Below are positions 10,003 to 20,065 of a stretch of DNA of 64,000 nt, piece after piece. The position numbers were made by a program, and so were the translations under genes. The stretch spans positions 32,001 to 96,000 of the forward strand of contig CAWBHS010000081.1 in the NCBI GenBank assembly GCA_963788655.1. Reading direction: 5' to 3'. Within the stretch, counting starts at the first letter, position 1. The number at the start of each line of letters is the position of its first letter. Below the pieces are notes generated by a model, which had not been told where the DNA came from, made no database searches, and saw only the letters and a list, made by a program, of their open reading frames with translations. The stretch comes from an uncultured Verrucomicrobiae bacterium (lineage in GTDB: Bacteria; Verrucomicrobiota; Verrucomicrobiia; Limisphaerales; JAFGQR01).

Positions 10003-11109
10003 TCATTTCCGGGAAGGCTGATTCTCGCCGGAGACCTCGAGCGGCTGTTCGCGCCGGACCTGCCGCGGCGGTTTATCGGCGCGCAAACCCAGGAACACGG
10101 GCTGGCGCAAATTGCCATCGCGCGTCCACTCGTAGAACTTCACCATGCACACCAGCTCGGGTTGGAGCCAGGTGCAGCGGCGCATCTCCGTCGCCGTAAG
10201 TCCGCCGCCCCAACGATTGTGGCGGGTGGCGGGCAGGTTCGCAAAGGGACAATGCGGCGTCCGGTATTCTTGCAGGCGTTGGTAAAGCGAACGCAAGGTC
10301 GCGGTGTCGAAACCGGTGCCGACGGCCGCGGCGAACCGCAGTTGCCGCTGGGCGTAATAACCGACCAGGACGGCTCCAAAATGTTTCCGCGTGCCCCGCG
10401 GTTCGGTGTAGCCGCCGATGACGAATTCCTGCTGCTGTTGCGCCTTGATTTTCCGCCAGGCGCCACTGCGGCGGCCGGAATCGTAATGGCTGTCCTTGCG
10501 CTTGGCCACGAGACCTTCAAGGCCCAAACGCTGGACTTCCGCCCAGATCCGAGCCGGTTCCCCCTCCAGGACCGGCGAGCGGCGCAGGGGCGCCCGCGGG
10601 TGCGGCAGGATTTCTTCGAGCAACTTCCGGCGAGTGCCCAGGGACCGCTTCGTCACATCATCGCCGGCCGCGTGAAGGACATCGAACACCACGTAGAATA
10701 TGGGCAGAGCGTCCGGGCGGCGTTTGCGGTTCTGGAGCAATTGAAAAGACGAACGGCCCTCCGCATCAAGCGCCATGATTTCCCCGTCCAGAACCAGGTC
10801 CGCTACCGGCAGGTGCCGCAGCGCCTCGACAATGCGGGGGTATTCCGCCGTGATGTCCCGAGGCGTGCGTGAAAAAAGTTGCACCTTGCGCGCGTGCTTG
10901 ACCGCAATGGCGCGAATCCCATCGAGCTTGACCTCGTACGACCAGTCTGGGCCGGCGGGCAGCTTCTCGGTCAACTGCGCCAACATCGGCGCGACGAAAT
11001 GCGGCGGCAAATTGGACATGATTGCGTCAACGGGGCGTGGTTCGACCGATTCGATACGACCGGGGAGCGGCGTCCGCCGCGGTTGGCGGATAGCCAGCCC
11101 CTGGTTCAA
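10003..11109 (-). CDS. ligD: ATP-dependent DNA ligase, LigD ligase domain only (NHEJ)
   Basis: YEVKLDGIRA (KxDG), VLDGEI, VFDVL, GLEGLVAKR, EFVIGGYTEP, VGTGF, LRQPVFLGLR. The start may be ATG 11019. Confidence 0.9.
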   Translation of the reverse strand: MNQGLAIRQPRRTPLPGRIESVEPRPVDAIMSNLPPHFVAPMLAQLTEKLPAGPDWSYEVKLDGIRAIAVKHARKVQLFSRTPRDITAEYPRIVEALRHLPVADLVLDGEIMALDAEGRSSFQLLQNRKRRPDALPIFYVVFDVLHAAGDDVTKRSLGTRRKLLEEILPHPRAPLRRSPVLEGEPARIWAEVQRLGLEGLVAKRKDSHYDSGRRSGAWRKIKAQQQQEFVIGGYTEPRGTRKHFGAVLVGYYAQRQLRFAAAVGTGFDTATLRSLYQRLQEYRTPHCPFANLPATRHNRWGGGLTATEMRRCTWLQPELVCMVKFYEWTRDGNLRQPVFLGLRADKPPRQVRREQPLEVSGENQPSRK

Positions 11110-11134
11110 AGGTCGGTCCTGCGGAGTTTTCGGG

Positions 11135-11995
11135 TCAGGCGGCTTTGCGACTTTTGGACTTTCGGCCCTTGCTCGCGCGCTTCGCCGTGCTTTTGCTTTT
11201 GCTCTTGCTTTTGCTCTTGCCGCCGCTCACTTGGCTGAGGCTCTGGCGCAGCACATCCGTCAGGTCGATCACCTTGCCCGCGGTCCGCGTTTTTTTCACC
11301 TTGGGCAATCCCGCTTCACCGTTCTCGATTTTGGTTTCGATAAGTTCCATCAAGGCGGACTTGTATTCATCGGTGTATTGGCTGGCATCCCAAGCAGTGG
11401 TCATCTTGTTGATCAGTTCACGGGCCATCTCCATTTCGCCTTTGCGGACCTCGGCTTTCTCCGGCAGGTGCAGTTCGGAGGGCTCGATCAATTCGTTGCT
11501 GAAGTGCATCAACTCGAGCATCAGGCTGCCATCGTTGGGTTTGACGGCCGCGAGGTGCTGGCGGGTTTTGATGACCACTTTGGCGATGCCCACCTTGCCG
11601 CTGGCGGCCAGGGCCTCCCGCAACAAGGCGTAGGCGCGCTGGCCGCCCTTCTGCGGTTCCATGTAGTACGGTTTTTGAAAATGGATGGGATTGATGTCGT
11701 CCAGCTCGACAAAGTCCATGATGTCCACGGTCTGCGTGGCCTCGACGTCCACCCGTTTGAAGTCCTCATCCTTGATGACGATGAACTTGCCTTTTTCGTA
11801 TTCGTAGCCTTTGACGATCTCTTCCCACGGCACCTCCTTGCCATCGGCTTCGGCCACGCGCTTGTAATTCACGGGGCTCAGGTCCCGGGCCCGCAGCAGG
11901 CGAAATTTCAATTCCTCCTGCCGCGTCGCCGGGTAGAGGGCGATGGGAATGCTGATGAGGCCGAAGCTAATGGAGCCTTTCCAAAGCGAACGCAT
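11135..11995 (-). CDS. ku: Ku protein (NHEJ)
   Basis: MRSLWKGSISFGLISIPIALYPAT, IVKGYEYEKG, KVIDLTDVLRQSL, basic tail. Confidence 0.96.
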   Translation of the reverse strand: MRSLWKGSISFGLISIPIALYPATRQEELKFRLLRARDLSPVNYKRVAEADGKEVPWEEIVKGYEYEKGKFIVIKDEDFKRVDVEATQTVDIMDFVELDDINPIHFQKPYYMEPQKGGQRAYALLREALAASGKVGIAKVVIKTRQHLAAVKPNDGSLMLELMHFSNELIEPSELHLPEKAEVRKGEMEMARELINKMTTAWDASQYTDEYKSALMELIETKIENGEAGLPKVKKTRTAGKVIDLTDVLRQSLSQVSGGKSKSKSKSKSTAKRASKGRKSKSRKAA

Positions 11996-11998
11996 AAG

Positions 11999-13360
11999 TC
12001 AAAGCGGGCTGCAAAGGTCGTATTTGCGGCGTTTGCGGTACAACGTGGCCGAATCGATTCCCAGGACCTGGGCGGCTTGGGCCAGCGTGGGCGTGCGCCG
12101 CAACACCTGGCGAATATGTTCGTTCTCCACTTCCTGCAACCGGTAATTGCCCCCCACCTGGACCGCCGGATGCGCGCCGGAATTTACGGCGGTGGTCAAC
12201 TCGTCGGGCAGTTCGGCCAAGTCGATGCGCGCGCCCTGGGCCAGGATGACGGCACGCTCGATCACGTTGCGCAGTTCCCGGAAATTGCCCGGCCAGTGGT
12301 AGCGTTGGAACAAATCTTCGACCTCGGGCGTAACGCCGGTCACGGACTTGCCGCATTGGGCCGCGAAGAAGGTGACGTAGCGGGCGGCGATCGGCAGGAG
12401 GTCCTGGCGACGTTCCCGCAAGGCGGGCAGGTCCAGGGGCATGACGTTCACGCGGTAATACAAGTCTTCACGAAAGCGGCCGGCATCGACGGCGGCTTTG
12501 AGGTCGCGGTTCGTGGCGGCAATGATCCGCACGTTGGCCCGCCGCGACTTGGGCTCGCCAATCCGTTCGTACTCGCGCTCCTGGAGCAACCGCAACAGTT
12601 TCGGCTGGATTTCCAACGGCAGCTCACCGATTTCATCCAGGAACAAGGTGCCTTCGTGGGCGGCAGCCACCTTGCCCCACGTGTCGCCGATGGCGCCGGT
12701 GAACGATCCCTTGGTGTGGCCAAACAATTCGCTTTCGAGCAGTTCGCGAGAGAGGCTGGGGCAAGCCACCGTGACGAACGGGCCTTCGCGTTGGGCGCTG
12801 TGTTCGTGGAGAAACCGGGCCAGCAGGTTCTTCCCCGTGCCGCTTTCCCCCAGCAACAAGACCGTCACCGGCAGGGCGGCCGCCTTGAGGGCGGTTTCCA
12901 GCACTTTTTGCACGCCCGGTTCGCGGGTGGTGAAGTCGGCTCCGGGCGAGGGGGCCGGATCGCCCGCGATCCCTTCGCCAAAGCCAGCGGTCCCGCTGCG
13001 GGGTTTGCTCATCCGGCTGAGGACTTGCCGCAGTTGTTCGTGCGTGAAGGGTTTGGCCAGGTAGCCCTTCGCACCGGACCGCAGGGCTTCACCGGCGGCT
13101 TCGGCAGGCGCCGGTGCGGCCATGATCACCACGTCGAGGCCCGGATGGCGCTTCTGGATCGTCCGCATCAACTCGAGGCCCCCCTTGCCGTTGACCTTGA
13201 GATCCACCAACGCCAGATCGAATCGTCGGGCCTCGAGTTGACGAAAGGCGCTGTCCACGTCACCCACGGTCACGGTTTCGTAACCCATCTGTTCCACCAG
13301 CGTGGAAGCGGCCCGCCGGGTGTCGTCTCCTTCATCGATAATCAAGGTGCGCATGGTCAT
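11999..13360 (-). CDS. Sigma54-dependent response regulator (REC-AAA+-Fis HTH; NtrC/AlgB-like)
   Basis: [63 protein letters not shown]. Confidence 0.93.
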   Translation of the reverse strand: MTMRTLIIDEGDDTRRAASTLVEQMGYETVTVGDVDSAFRQLEARRFDLALVDLKVNGKGGLELMRTIQKRHPGLDVVIMAAPAPAEAAGEALRSGAKGYLAKPFTHEQLRQVLSRMSKPRSGTAGFGEGIAGDPAPSPGADFTTREPGVQKVLETALKAAALPVTVLLLGESGTGKNLLARFLHEHSAQREGPFVTVACPSLSRELLESELFGHTKGSFTGAIGDTWGKVAAAHEGTLFLDEIGELPLEIQPKLLRLLQEREYERIGEPKSRRANVRIIAATNRDLKAAVDAGRFREDLYYRVNVMPLDLPALRERRQDLLPIAARYVTFFAAQCGKSVTGVTPEVEDLFQRYHWPGNFRELRNVIERAVILAQGARIDLAELPDELTTAVNSGAHPAVQVGGNYRLQEVENEHIRQVLRRTPTLAQAAQVLGIDSATLYRKRRKYDLCSPL

Positions 13361-13507
13361 CTATTCACCAAAATCAATTCCATTGGGGGCGCTCAACCGC
13401 AATCAGCAAGAAAGCTGATTCTCCGTAAAGGAAAGCCTTACCGACCGGCGCCGGCTGGCCGCCGACACACGGTTCTGGATGGGGATGACCGTTGGAAGGG
13501 GTGGGGA

Positions 13508-13845
13508 TTACGGCCGGGACTGCTTCTCGATCCAGCTCCAAAGTTCAGGAGTGGCGTAAGCGGCGGACCAGGAATTGTGGCCGACGAATTCCAGCGTGGT
13601 GAACCGAATCCGCGTGCCGCCCGCGGCCTTGATCGCGTCCACCATTTCGACCGAGCGCGCAAAGGGAACCACTGGGTCGGCGGTGCCGTGGAAGACCCAG
13701 ATCGGCAGCGTCTTGAGCCGTTCGGCGTCCTCGGGCCTGCCCCGCAAATGGGAACGACGGCGGCAAACCGTTCGGGATGATCGGCCATCGGCCGCTAATG
13801 GCCAGGAGCCGAAGCCGCCCATGCTCAGCCCGGTCAGAATGGCTA
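13508..13845 (-). pseudogene. Truncated alpha/beta-hydrolase (phospholipase/carboxylesterase-like)
   Basis: LTGLSMGGFG, HPERFAAVVPICG, PIWVFHGTADPVVP, GHNSW. N-terminus missing; 7-bp duplication GGCCGAT plus a second indel. Confidence 0.75.
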
Positions 13846-13910
13846 CTCGTTGTTTACGATTAACTTCCAATCCGGAAGGGTGCGCAGTTATTCGCCGGCT
13901 TTGCCGAACC

Positions 13911-14061
13911 TCGCGCCAGCGTTTGGAGTGCGTGGAGCTTGCTGCCGCTTTCGATAAACGCAGCGTCGCCACGACGTAGAAGGCAGCGCGCACAAAGGTT
14001 TGGTCTCCGTTCCCCCAATCGAAAGCGCCGGCAAGCCGGACGCACTCCAAACGCTGCGCGA
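13911..14061. repeat. REP/REPIN-like inverted repeat (GCGTTTGGAGTGCG...CGCACTCCAAACGC)
   Basis: ~45-bp imperfect inverted arms at 13911-13955 and 14018-14061. Confidence 0.8.
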
Positions 14062-14134
14062 TCTTGCACGCCGCCGGCAAATCGATACTGCCCCGGGTTC
14101 GGCGGGTGAAACCTCCGGGCGACGCTCAAAAAAG

Positions 14135-14809
14135 TCAGCGCATCCGCACTTCGGATCCTGCAACGATTGGCGCAAGCTTTGACGAAAACGTCTCCAAGTG
14201 CTCAACCATCGCCGCCGGTCTGGTTTCCACGCCGACGTTGACCGTGATCAATCGGGCACCACGTTGCCGGTAATGCTCCGCCAAGGGACGCGTCCGTTCC
14301 GCGAAGATGGCCAATTTTTGTGCCACCAGCATTTCATCGTCGTCCGTGCGCTGCGCCCGGTCACCACCGCTGTCGAGCCGCAACCGTTCGCGCACGGTAG
14401 GCGCGTCGCACTCGAGTTGCACCACCGCCATAATCTTCAGCCGGTGATCAAGCTTTTCGGACTGGCCGACGTGGCGTGGCAGCCCATTCAACAACAGCAG
14501 GTGACTTGGCTGCACGTTCCGCCGGGCAATGAACTGCTCCAAAATGCGTTCGGCGAGATAGAAGGAGGCGTCCTCCAACAAGGCCCCTTTTTCCAACACA
14601 TCGTTGAGGAACTGGATCTCGCCGGCGTTAAACACCTGGCTGGCTCCGCCCATGGCAACTGCCCGCAGGTTCGCGCCGAAATCAAAGTGATGACAGCGCC
14701 GTTTCCACAGACTGTGTTGTTCCAGCCATTCGCCCACGGGCGTTTTGCCGGAGCCCGTCGGCCCCAGCAACAAGACGGCCGCGAAGGGCATTGCTTGACC
14801 AGTTTTCAT
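14135..14809 (-). CDS. Adenylate/nucleoside-monophosphate kinase-like P-loop protein
   Basis: LLLGPTGSGKT, FDFGANLR, LNGLPRHVGQ, RTDDD. Confidence 0.75.
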   Translation of the reverse strand: MKTGQAMPFAAVLLLGPTGSGKTPVGEWLEQHSLWKRRCHHFDFGANLRAVAMGGASQVFNAGEIQFLNDVLEKGALLEDASFYLAERILEQFIARRNVQPSHLLLLNGLPRHVGQSEKLDHRLKIMAVVQLECDAPTVRERLRLDSGGDRAQRTDDDEMLVAQKLAIFAERTRPLAEHYRQRGARLITVNVGVETRPAAMVEHLETFSSKLAPIVAGSEVRMR

Positions 14810-14987
14810 TGCGCCTCATTATGCCGGCAAGGCCCGCCACGAAAAGCAAACAATGGCAGGGTGGCAACGGGACTCCGTCATCCAGCCCCGCGTGGCGAAG
14901 AACGAGCTGCCTTGCCGGGGAACGATGCCTTTGCCTATGCTGTTGCCCGAATTCAGCAACGACGATATTGGCAACCTGCGGCTCACG

Positions 14988-16151
14988 ATGACGACAAAAA
15001 CAATCAGTTTCATTTTGCTTTTTATCATGCAATTGACCCGGCTATTCGGCGCTTTGGAGTTGGAGCACCTCGAGCAGGAAGATACCGCCTTCCATCGCGA
15101 ATTGGCCCGCAAGATCAATGCCCGGCTCGAAGCGAATCCCGACGCGCTCAAAACCTGCCTGGAACGGCTACGCTACCTGGTGCTCTCGGACCGGGTGGGC
15201 TTTTATTTCGATGTCACCACCGATCGCGAGGCCGGACGGGTGGTGCTGCGCGGCGACACCGAACGGCGCGAGTTCAAGACCATCACCCGCGAAGTGTTCA
15301 AGCAACTGGGCTTCACCTCAGTCGTGGACCGTATCGAAATCGTGCCGAATTTAAAGACGGATCCCAACCCGTTCGGCGTCGCCGTGCTTCCGCATGTATT
15401 GACTTGGTCCGAGCCGAGTCTTGAAGGCATTCCCATGGACGAAGCCCTGTTCGGCGAACCCGTTTATGTTTTGAAGGAATTGCCGCACGCCATGTTGATC
15501 AAAACCATCACCGGCTATTGGGGCTATGCCGCCAAGGATGGGATTCAACGGTTGGACCGCAAGCAGTTCGTCCAGTTGTTGAACGCGCCGAAGGCCACGC
15601 TGCTCCAGGATTACGAGGCCAACGGATCACGCTTGCCCAGCGGCTGTCGGTTGGTCATCAACGACTGGGCAACCGGCAAGGATTGTGTCTTGCAAGGCCC
15701 CGACGGCAAAACGCGCACCGTGCCCCAAGCCATTTGCGAGCAATCACACCGCGACGCAGAAATAGCCCGCCTCATCGCCTACGCGCGCACTTTCCTGCAC
15801 GCACCGTACAACCTGGGCGGCAAGAATCGTGAAACCGGTATCGACTGCTCCGGTCTGGTGCAACTCAGCTACCGCATCCTCGGCGTCAATCTGCCCCGCG
15901 ACGCCAAGCAACAATACCTCGGCGGCCATTTAATTTTGCCGTGCGTCAAGGAAGCTTTGCTCCCCGGCGATGCGTTGTTTTTTATGAATGAGAGCGGCCA
16001 AGTGGATCACGTGGGGATTTACCTGGGCCACCACCAACTCATCCATGCGACGGGCAACCAAGTGAAAATCCAGAGTCTGGATCCGAAAGCCCCGGACTAT
16101 CTCAAACGCTTCACCCACGATTTCATCGGCGCCAAACGGTTTTGGTGGTGA
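14988..16151 (+). CDS. NlpC/P60 (C40) peptidase, secreted, with N-terminal BON-like/SH3-like region
   Basis: Signal peptide from MTTKTISF; PYNLGG, GIDCSGLVQ, LPRDAKQQ, HVGIYLG, IHAT. Confidence 0.88.
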   Translation: MTTKTISFILLFIMQLTRLFGALELEHLEQEDTAFHRELARKINARLEANPDALKTCLERLRYLVLSDRVGFYFDVTTDREAGRVVLRGDTERREFKTITREVFKQLGFTSVVDRIEIVPNLKTDPNPFGVAVLPHVLTWSEPSLEGIPMDEALFGEPVYVLKELPHAMLIKTITGYWGYAAKDGIQRLDRKQFVQLLNAPKATLLQDYEANGSRLPSGCRLVINDWATGKDCVLQGPDGKTRTVPQAICEQSHRDAEIARLIAYARTFLHAPYNLGGKNRETGIDCSGLVQLSYRILGVNLPRDAKQQYLGGHLILPCVKEALLPGDALFFMNESGQVDHVGIYLGHHQLIHATGNQVKIQSLDPKAPDYLKRFTHDFIGAKRFWW

Positions 16152-16248
16152 GGCGGGACCAAAGGGCGTTAGCTTGGGGTTCTGGGCTCAAGTAATACGC
16201 CGTTCCATTGCGCTTGTCCGCGGCAGAAAATAATCCAGTTTTCTTCTT

Positions 16249-16515
16249 ATAAACACGCATTCATCCTCAACCAAAGTCCCTCGCCGCACTGTGCTCAAGA
16301 CTGGCTTCCTGGCCATGGCCGGTTTGGGATTGTATCAAGGGGGCGTCAGCAACGCCCGGATGCAGAGCGGGCGTTCGTCGCCATCAATGGGCTGGCGCGA
16401 AAAGTTCTTTGGGTGCATTGCCGGGTGCCATGTCGGCTCCGCCATGGGCACCGCAGTCGAAGGCTGGCCCTACGAACCCATCGAGCAAGTTTACGGAGTG
16501 CGGCCTGGTCGGTGA
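16249..16515 (+). pseudogene. N-terminal fragment of a Tat-exported ADP-ribosylglycohydrolase-family protein
   Basis: PRRTVLK Tat-like signal; REKFFGCIAGCHVGSAMGTAVEGW; stops after ~90 codons. Confidence 0.6.
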
Positions 16516-16520
16516 CCCGG

Positions 16521-17501
16521 TTATTTTTCAACCAGCCAAATATTGCGATAGAAGACCGGATTGCCGTGGCCCTGTAATTGGATTGGTCCGGCAGAAGGCC
16601 CTTCCTTTTGGCCGCCACCGGTCGAGTTTCTAAGTTCCAACTTATCTTGGACCACCACGCCGTTTTGCTTCACGGTGACTACGGCGTTCTTGATCTTTTT
16701 GCCGTTAGCATCAAACCGCGCCGCTTGAAAGTCCACGTCGTAGGTCTGCCAAGTCAACGGCGGAAAGCACATGTTCACCCGCGGTTTGGCCAGGCTGTAA
16801 AACCCCCCGCATTCATTGTCCTGACCTTTAAGGCCGAAGGAATCAAGCACCTGGATTTCGTAACGATCCTGCAAATAGACGCCGCTGTTCCCGCGTTCCT
16901 GCCCGCGGGCCAGGGGCTTGAACGGCAGCAGAAATTCCAGGTGCAGCGTAAAATCTTGAAAAGCGCGTTTGCTCTTGGTGCCAGCCCTCAGGAAATGCCG
17001 GTCATCCAGATGGCCGCTGCGCCATTCGTCGGTGTTCGTGCCGTCAAACAGAACGATGGCCCCCGCCGGCGGCGCGGCCCCCAGCGTCGGGCTCTTGCGT
17101 TCGGTCTTCTTCATCGTGTAGGTGTCGCCGTTGGGAGTGACGGTCGTCAATTCTCCCTGCGCCAGAGTGTGTTTGAAACCGTTCGGGGCGGCGTCGAAAA
17201 CGATCCGGTTCCCCTCCCGTTTCCCTTCGATTTCCGTCTTGGCGGAACCGTCCCAACCGGCGCCGGGCAGGCCGCCCGGGTAGATCACGGCGCGAAACCG
17301 GTCTTGGCCCAAGGCGATCACCTGGGCGCCACCCCAGTCATTGACATACTCGCCCTGATCGCGGTAATCGGGGCCAGCTTCAGCCGGGGTTAGATAGGCG
17401 GGAGCTTTCGGTTTGGCCGGTTCAGCGGCCACTGCTTGCAGCGCGACGCCCGCGCAAATGCAGAACCAAAGGTGGGAAGACAATTTCATAATGTCGCTCA
17501 A
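16521..17501 (-). CDS. DUF1080 (3-keto-disaccharide hydrolase-like) secreted protein
   Basis: AIVLFDG, DFTLHLEF, GNSGVYLQDRYEIQVLDS, WQTYDVDF, LQGHGNPVFYRNIW. The start may be 17489. Confidence 0.9.
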   Translation of the reverse strand: MSDIMKLSSHLWFCICAGVALQAVAAEPAKPKAPAYLTPAEAGPDYRDQGEYVNDWGGAQVIALGQDRFRAVIYPGGLPGAGWDGSAKTEIEGKREGNRIVFDAAPNGFKHTLAQGELTTVTPNGDTYTMKKTERKSPTLGAAPPAGAIVLFDGTNTDEWRSGHLDDRHFLRAGTKSKRAFQDFTLHLEFLLPFKPLARGQERGNSGVYLQDRYEIQVLDSFGLKGQDNECGGFYSLAKPRVNMCFPPLTWQTYDVDFQAARFDANGKKIKNAVVTVKQNGVVVQDKLELRNSTGGGQKEGPSAGPIQLQGHGNPVFYRNIWLVEK

Positions 17502-17667
17502 AATACAGTCAGGCTGCCACCGGTTCGGTGACGGCCGGGGTTGATATACGTTAACGATTCAATGGACGCTTTTGGACGGTCCGTATTCAGTCCGAGAGCC
17601 ATGTCTCACGCCTGCACGCGGCATTGTTCCACTTGGTTTCAGGGTAAGTTAAAGCTAGATTGACCTT

Positions 17668-18829
17668 GTGATTTGCGACATCAAATCGTTAACGCGCGAG
17701 GAACTTGCGCAGAAGATGAAGGACTGGGGCCACGAGCACTATCGGGTGGCCCAGGTGCTGAATTGGCTTTATGCAAACCGGGCGACGACGTGGGACGTGA
17801 TGACCAACCTGCCGCTCAAGTTGCGCAACAAAATGCAGGAAGACTGCTCGTTGCACGGGCTGGAACTGGTGGAAAAACAAGGAGATAGCGATACCACCCA
17901 GAAATTTCTTTGGCGGCTGCCCGACGGTGCTTTCGTTGAATCCGTGCTGATTCCGGCCAATCAAGCGCTTTACAGCGATCCCAGCGACCGGCAAACCCTT
18001 TGTATTTCCACCCAGGTCGGGTGCGCGTTCGGGTGCAAATTCTGCGCCAGCGGTTTGGAGGGATTCAAACGCAACCTGCACGTCGAGGAAATCGTCGAGC
18101 AAGTCCTGGCGGTCGAACGTTGGTATCGCGACTCCATCGCCCAGGCCCAGGCGGAAGCACTCGTCGCCGAAGTTCAAACGCCGATGCCCCGGCTGCGATC
18201 CGTGCCGCGCAACATCCGTTCCGTGGACAACATCGTGGTGATGGGCATGGGCGAACCGTTGGCCAACTACGACAACCTCCTCGCCGCCCTGAGAATCATC
18301 AACGCGCCGTGGGGCGCGGGCATCGGCGCACGCAAGATCACCATATCCACCAGCGGGCTCGTCCCGCAAATTCGGAAGCTGGCCGAGGAACCGGCCCAAT
18401 ACCGCCTGGCCATTTCGTTACACGGGGCCACCGACGAAATCCGCAACAAGATCATGCCCATCAACCGGAAGTATCCACTGAGCGAATTGATCGGCGCTTG
18501 CGAGTATTACCAGGAGAAAAAAGGCCGGATGATCACGCTCGAATACATCCTGATTGGCCGGGGTGAACGACAGCATCTCGCAAACAAGTCCCCTGGCCGA
18601 CTTGGCGCAACGGCTCAACGCCAAAGTGAACTTGATTCCTTACAATCCGGTGGAGGGGCTTTCCTGGGAACGGCCCAGCGACGTTGTCCTCGAGGCATTT
18701 CAATCCGCCCTGGTCAACCAACAGGTCCACGCCACGCTGCGCCGCGAAAAAGGTGGCGACATCGATGCCGCCTGCGGACAATTGCGGCTCAAAACCGAAC
18801 GGGCACTGGCGGGAGCAGGAGGCGAGTAA
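17668..18829 (+). CDS. rlmN: Dual-specificity RNA methyltransferase RlmN (frameshift ~18556)
   Basis: CISTQVGCAFGCKFCAS, VMGMGEP, TISTSG, TLEYIL/AGVND, VNLIPYN, DIDAACGQL; extra G in attggccgggg. Confidence 0.95.
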
Positions 18830-19109
18830 ATCCGAAGTTCGAAGCAAAATCCGAATTGGCGGAAGGAGCGCATGGTTTTCGTTTACTGGCTGGATCGGCA
18901 TGGGCGCAACTTGAGGCATTGAGCAACGTGCTGCCGGCGTCCCGCCGGCAGAAACGGATGGAAACGCGGGGTCGAACGATTGGAGGCACGAATTCCGAAC
19001 GGTCCGTTCCAAACTACCGGCAGGATGCGGGCATCACGTTGGGGGCAGGCCAATGCGAACCAACCTGTCTCGCTACGTAACCTTCTTTCGAGCCTTGGAT
19101 TTCGGATTT
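18828..19109. repeat. AAATCCGAA/TTCGGATTT-flanked segment with nested REP-like inverted repeat (18925..19040)
   Basis: Arms AACGTGCTGCCGGCGTCCCGCCGGCAG and CTACCGGCAGGATGCGGGCATCACGTT; core shared with 63069..63180. Confidence 0.65.
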
Positions 19110-19190
19110 ATGGCCCCGCGTGCATTTGACTGGACGAAACGGCGAACCCCAATACTCTTTCCGCATGTCTGAACAACGCTTCCCTAGCCG

Positions 19191-19823
19191 ATGATTGCTT
19201 TGCTTGATTATGGTTCCGGCAACCTGCGCAGCGTCGAGAAGGCGCTGGGCAAAGTGGGCGCCAATGTCAAAGTCATGACCCGCCCGGACGGCCTGCGGGA
19301 CGTCCGCGCCGCAGTGTTGCCCGGCGTCGGAGCGTTCGATGATTGCATTACCGCGATGCAACGTCAGGAACTCTTCGGCGCCATCAAGGATTTCATCCAA
19401 TCCGGACGGCCTTTCCTTGGCATCTGTGTCGGCTACCAGGCGTTGTTTGACAAGAGCGAGGAATTCAATAGTTGCGCGGCCGGTTTGGGGATTTTCGCGG
19501 GCAAGGTTGTCCGGTTCACCACCCGCCCCGGATTGAAGATTCCGCAAATCGGCTGGAACCAACTCGAAATCGTCAAACCCGATTGCCCCCTTTACCAAGG
19601 TATTCCCGAGGGCAGCCACGTCTATTTCGTCCATAGCTTCCATCCCCAGCCCGAGGATGAATCCATCGTGGCCACGCGAACGGAGCACGGTGACACTTTT
19701 GCCTCTTCGGTGTGGAAGGACAACGTTTTCGCCACGCAATTTCACCCGGAAAAAAGTCAGACCGTAGGCCTGCGCCTGCTGCAAAACTTCGTGGCGCTGG
19801 CGGAGAAACAGAGAAGCGGTTGA
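19191..19823 (+). CDS. hisH: Imidazole glycerol phosphate synthase glutaminase subunit
   Basis: MIALLDYGSGNLRSV, LPGVGAF, LGICVGYQ, IPQIGWN, YFVHS, QFHPEKS. Confidence 0.97.
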   Translation: MIALLDYGSGNLRSVEKALGKVGANVKVMTRPDGLRDVRAAVLPGVGAFDDCITAMQRQELFGAIKDFIQSGRPFLGICVGYQALFDKSEEFNSCAAGLGIFAGKVVRFTTRPGLKIPQIGWNQLEIVKPDCPLYQGIPEGSHVYFVHSFHPQPEDESIVATRTEHGDTFASSVWKDNVFATQFHPEKSQTVGLRLLQNFVALAEKQRSG

Positions 19824-20005
19824 AGGCGTGACGAGTTGAAGAAGCGAGGCGGCCGAGATTCGCGAAGGCCGCACAACATTCAGTGCCCGAGTGGGTCAGT
19901 GTCACGGGCCATCCGTTTCTGCTACCTCACCTCGGTGGTGACAGGGTGTCGGTCTTCAGTTCGAGTTGCGGAAGGTCGAGGCTTGGGTCTCAGGCGAATG
20001 TACGC

Positions 20006-20042
20006 AGTGGCTGTCGCGTTCGTTCTCACGAACGCAGCCACT
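20006..20042. terminator. Hairpin between convergent hisH and the GEVED gene (terminator-like or REP)
   Basis: AGTGGCT(GTC)GCGTTCGT-TCTC-ACGAACGCAGCCACT; no U-tract. Confidence 0.35.
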
Positions 20043-20065
20043 CCCACGGAATCGTTCCGGATTAG

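Noticed and set aside
10775..13780. 1001-aa ORF on the + strand
   Set aside because: Antisense shadow of ligD, ku and the activator; no motifs; expected from GC-rich codon bias.
18540..18570. Programmed frameshifting or pseudogenisation of rlmN, lptC/A, DUF1501, M23, GEVED and the giant gene
   Set aside because: Isolated single-base indels, mostly base duplications, with no slippery sites, also hitting a probably essential gene. Sequencing error is more likely; read polishing would decide.
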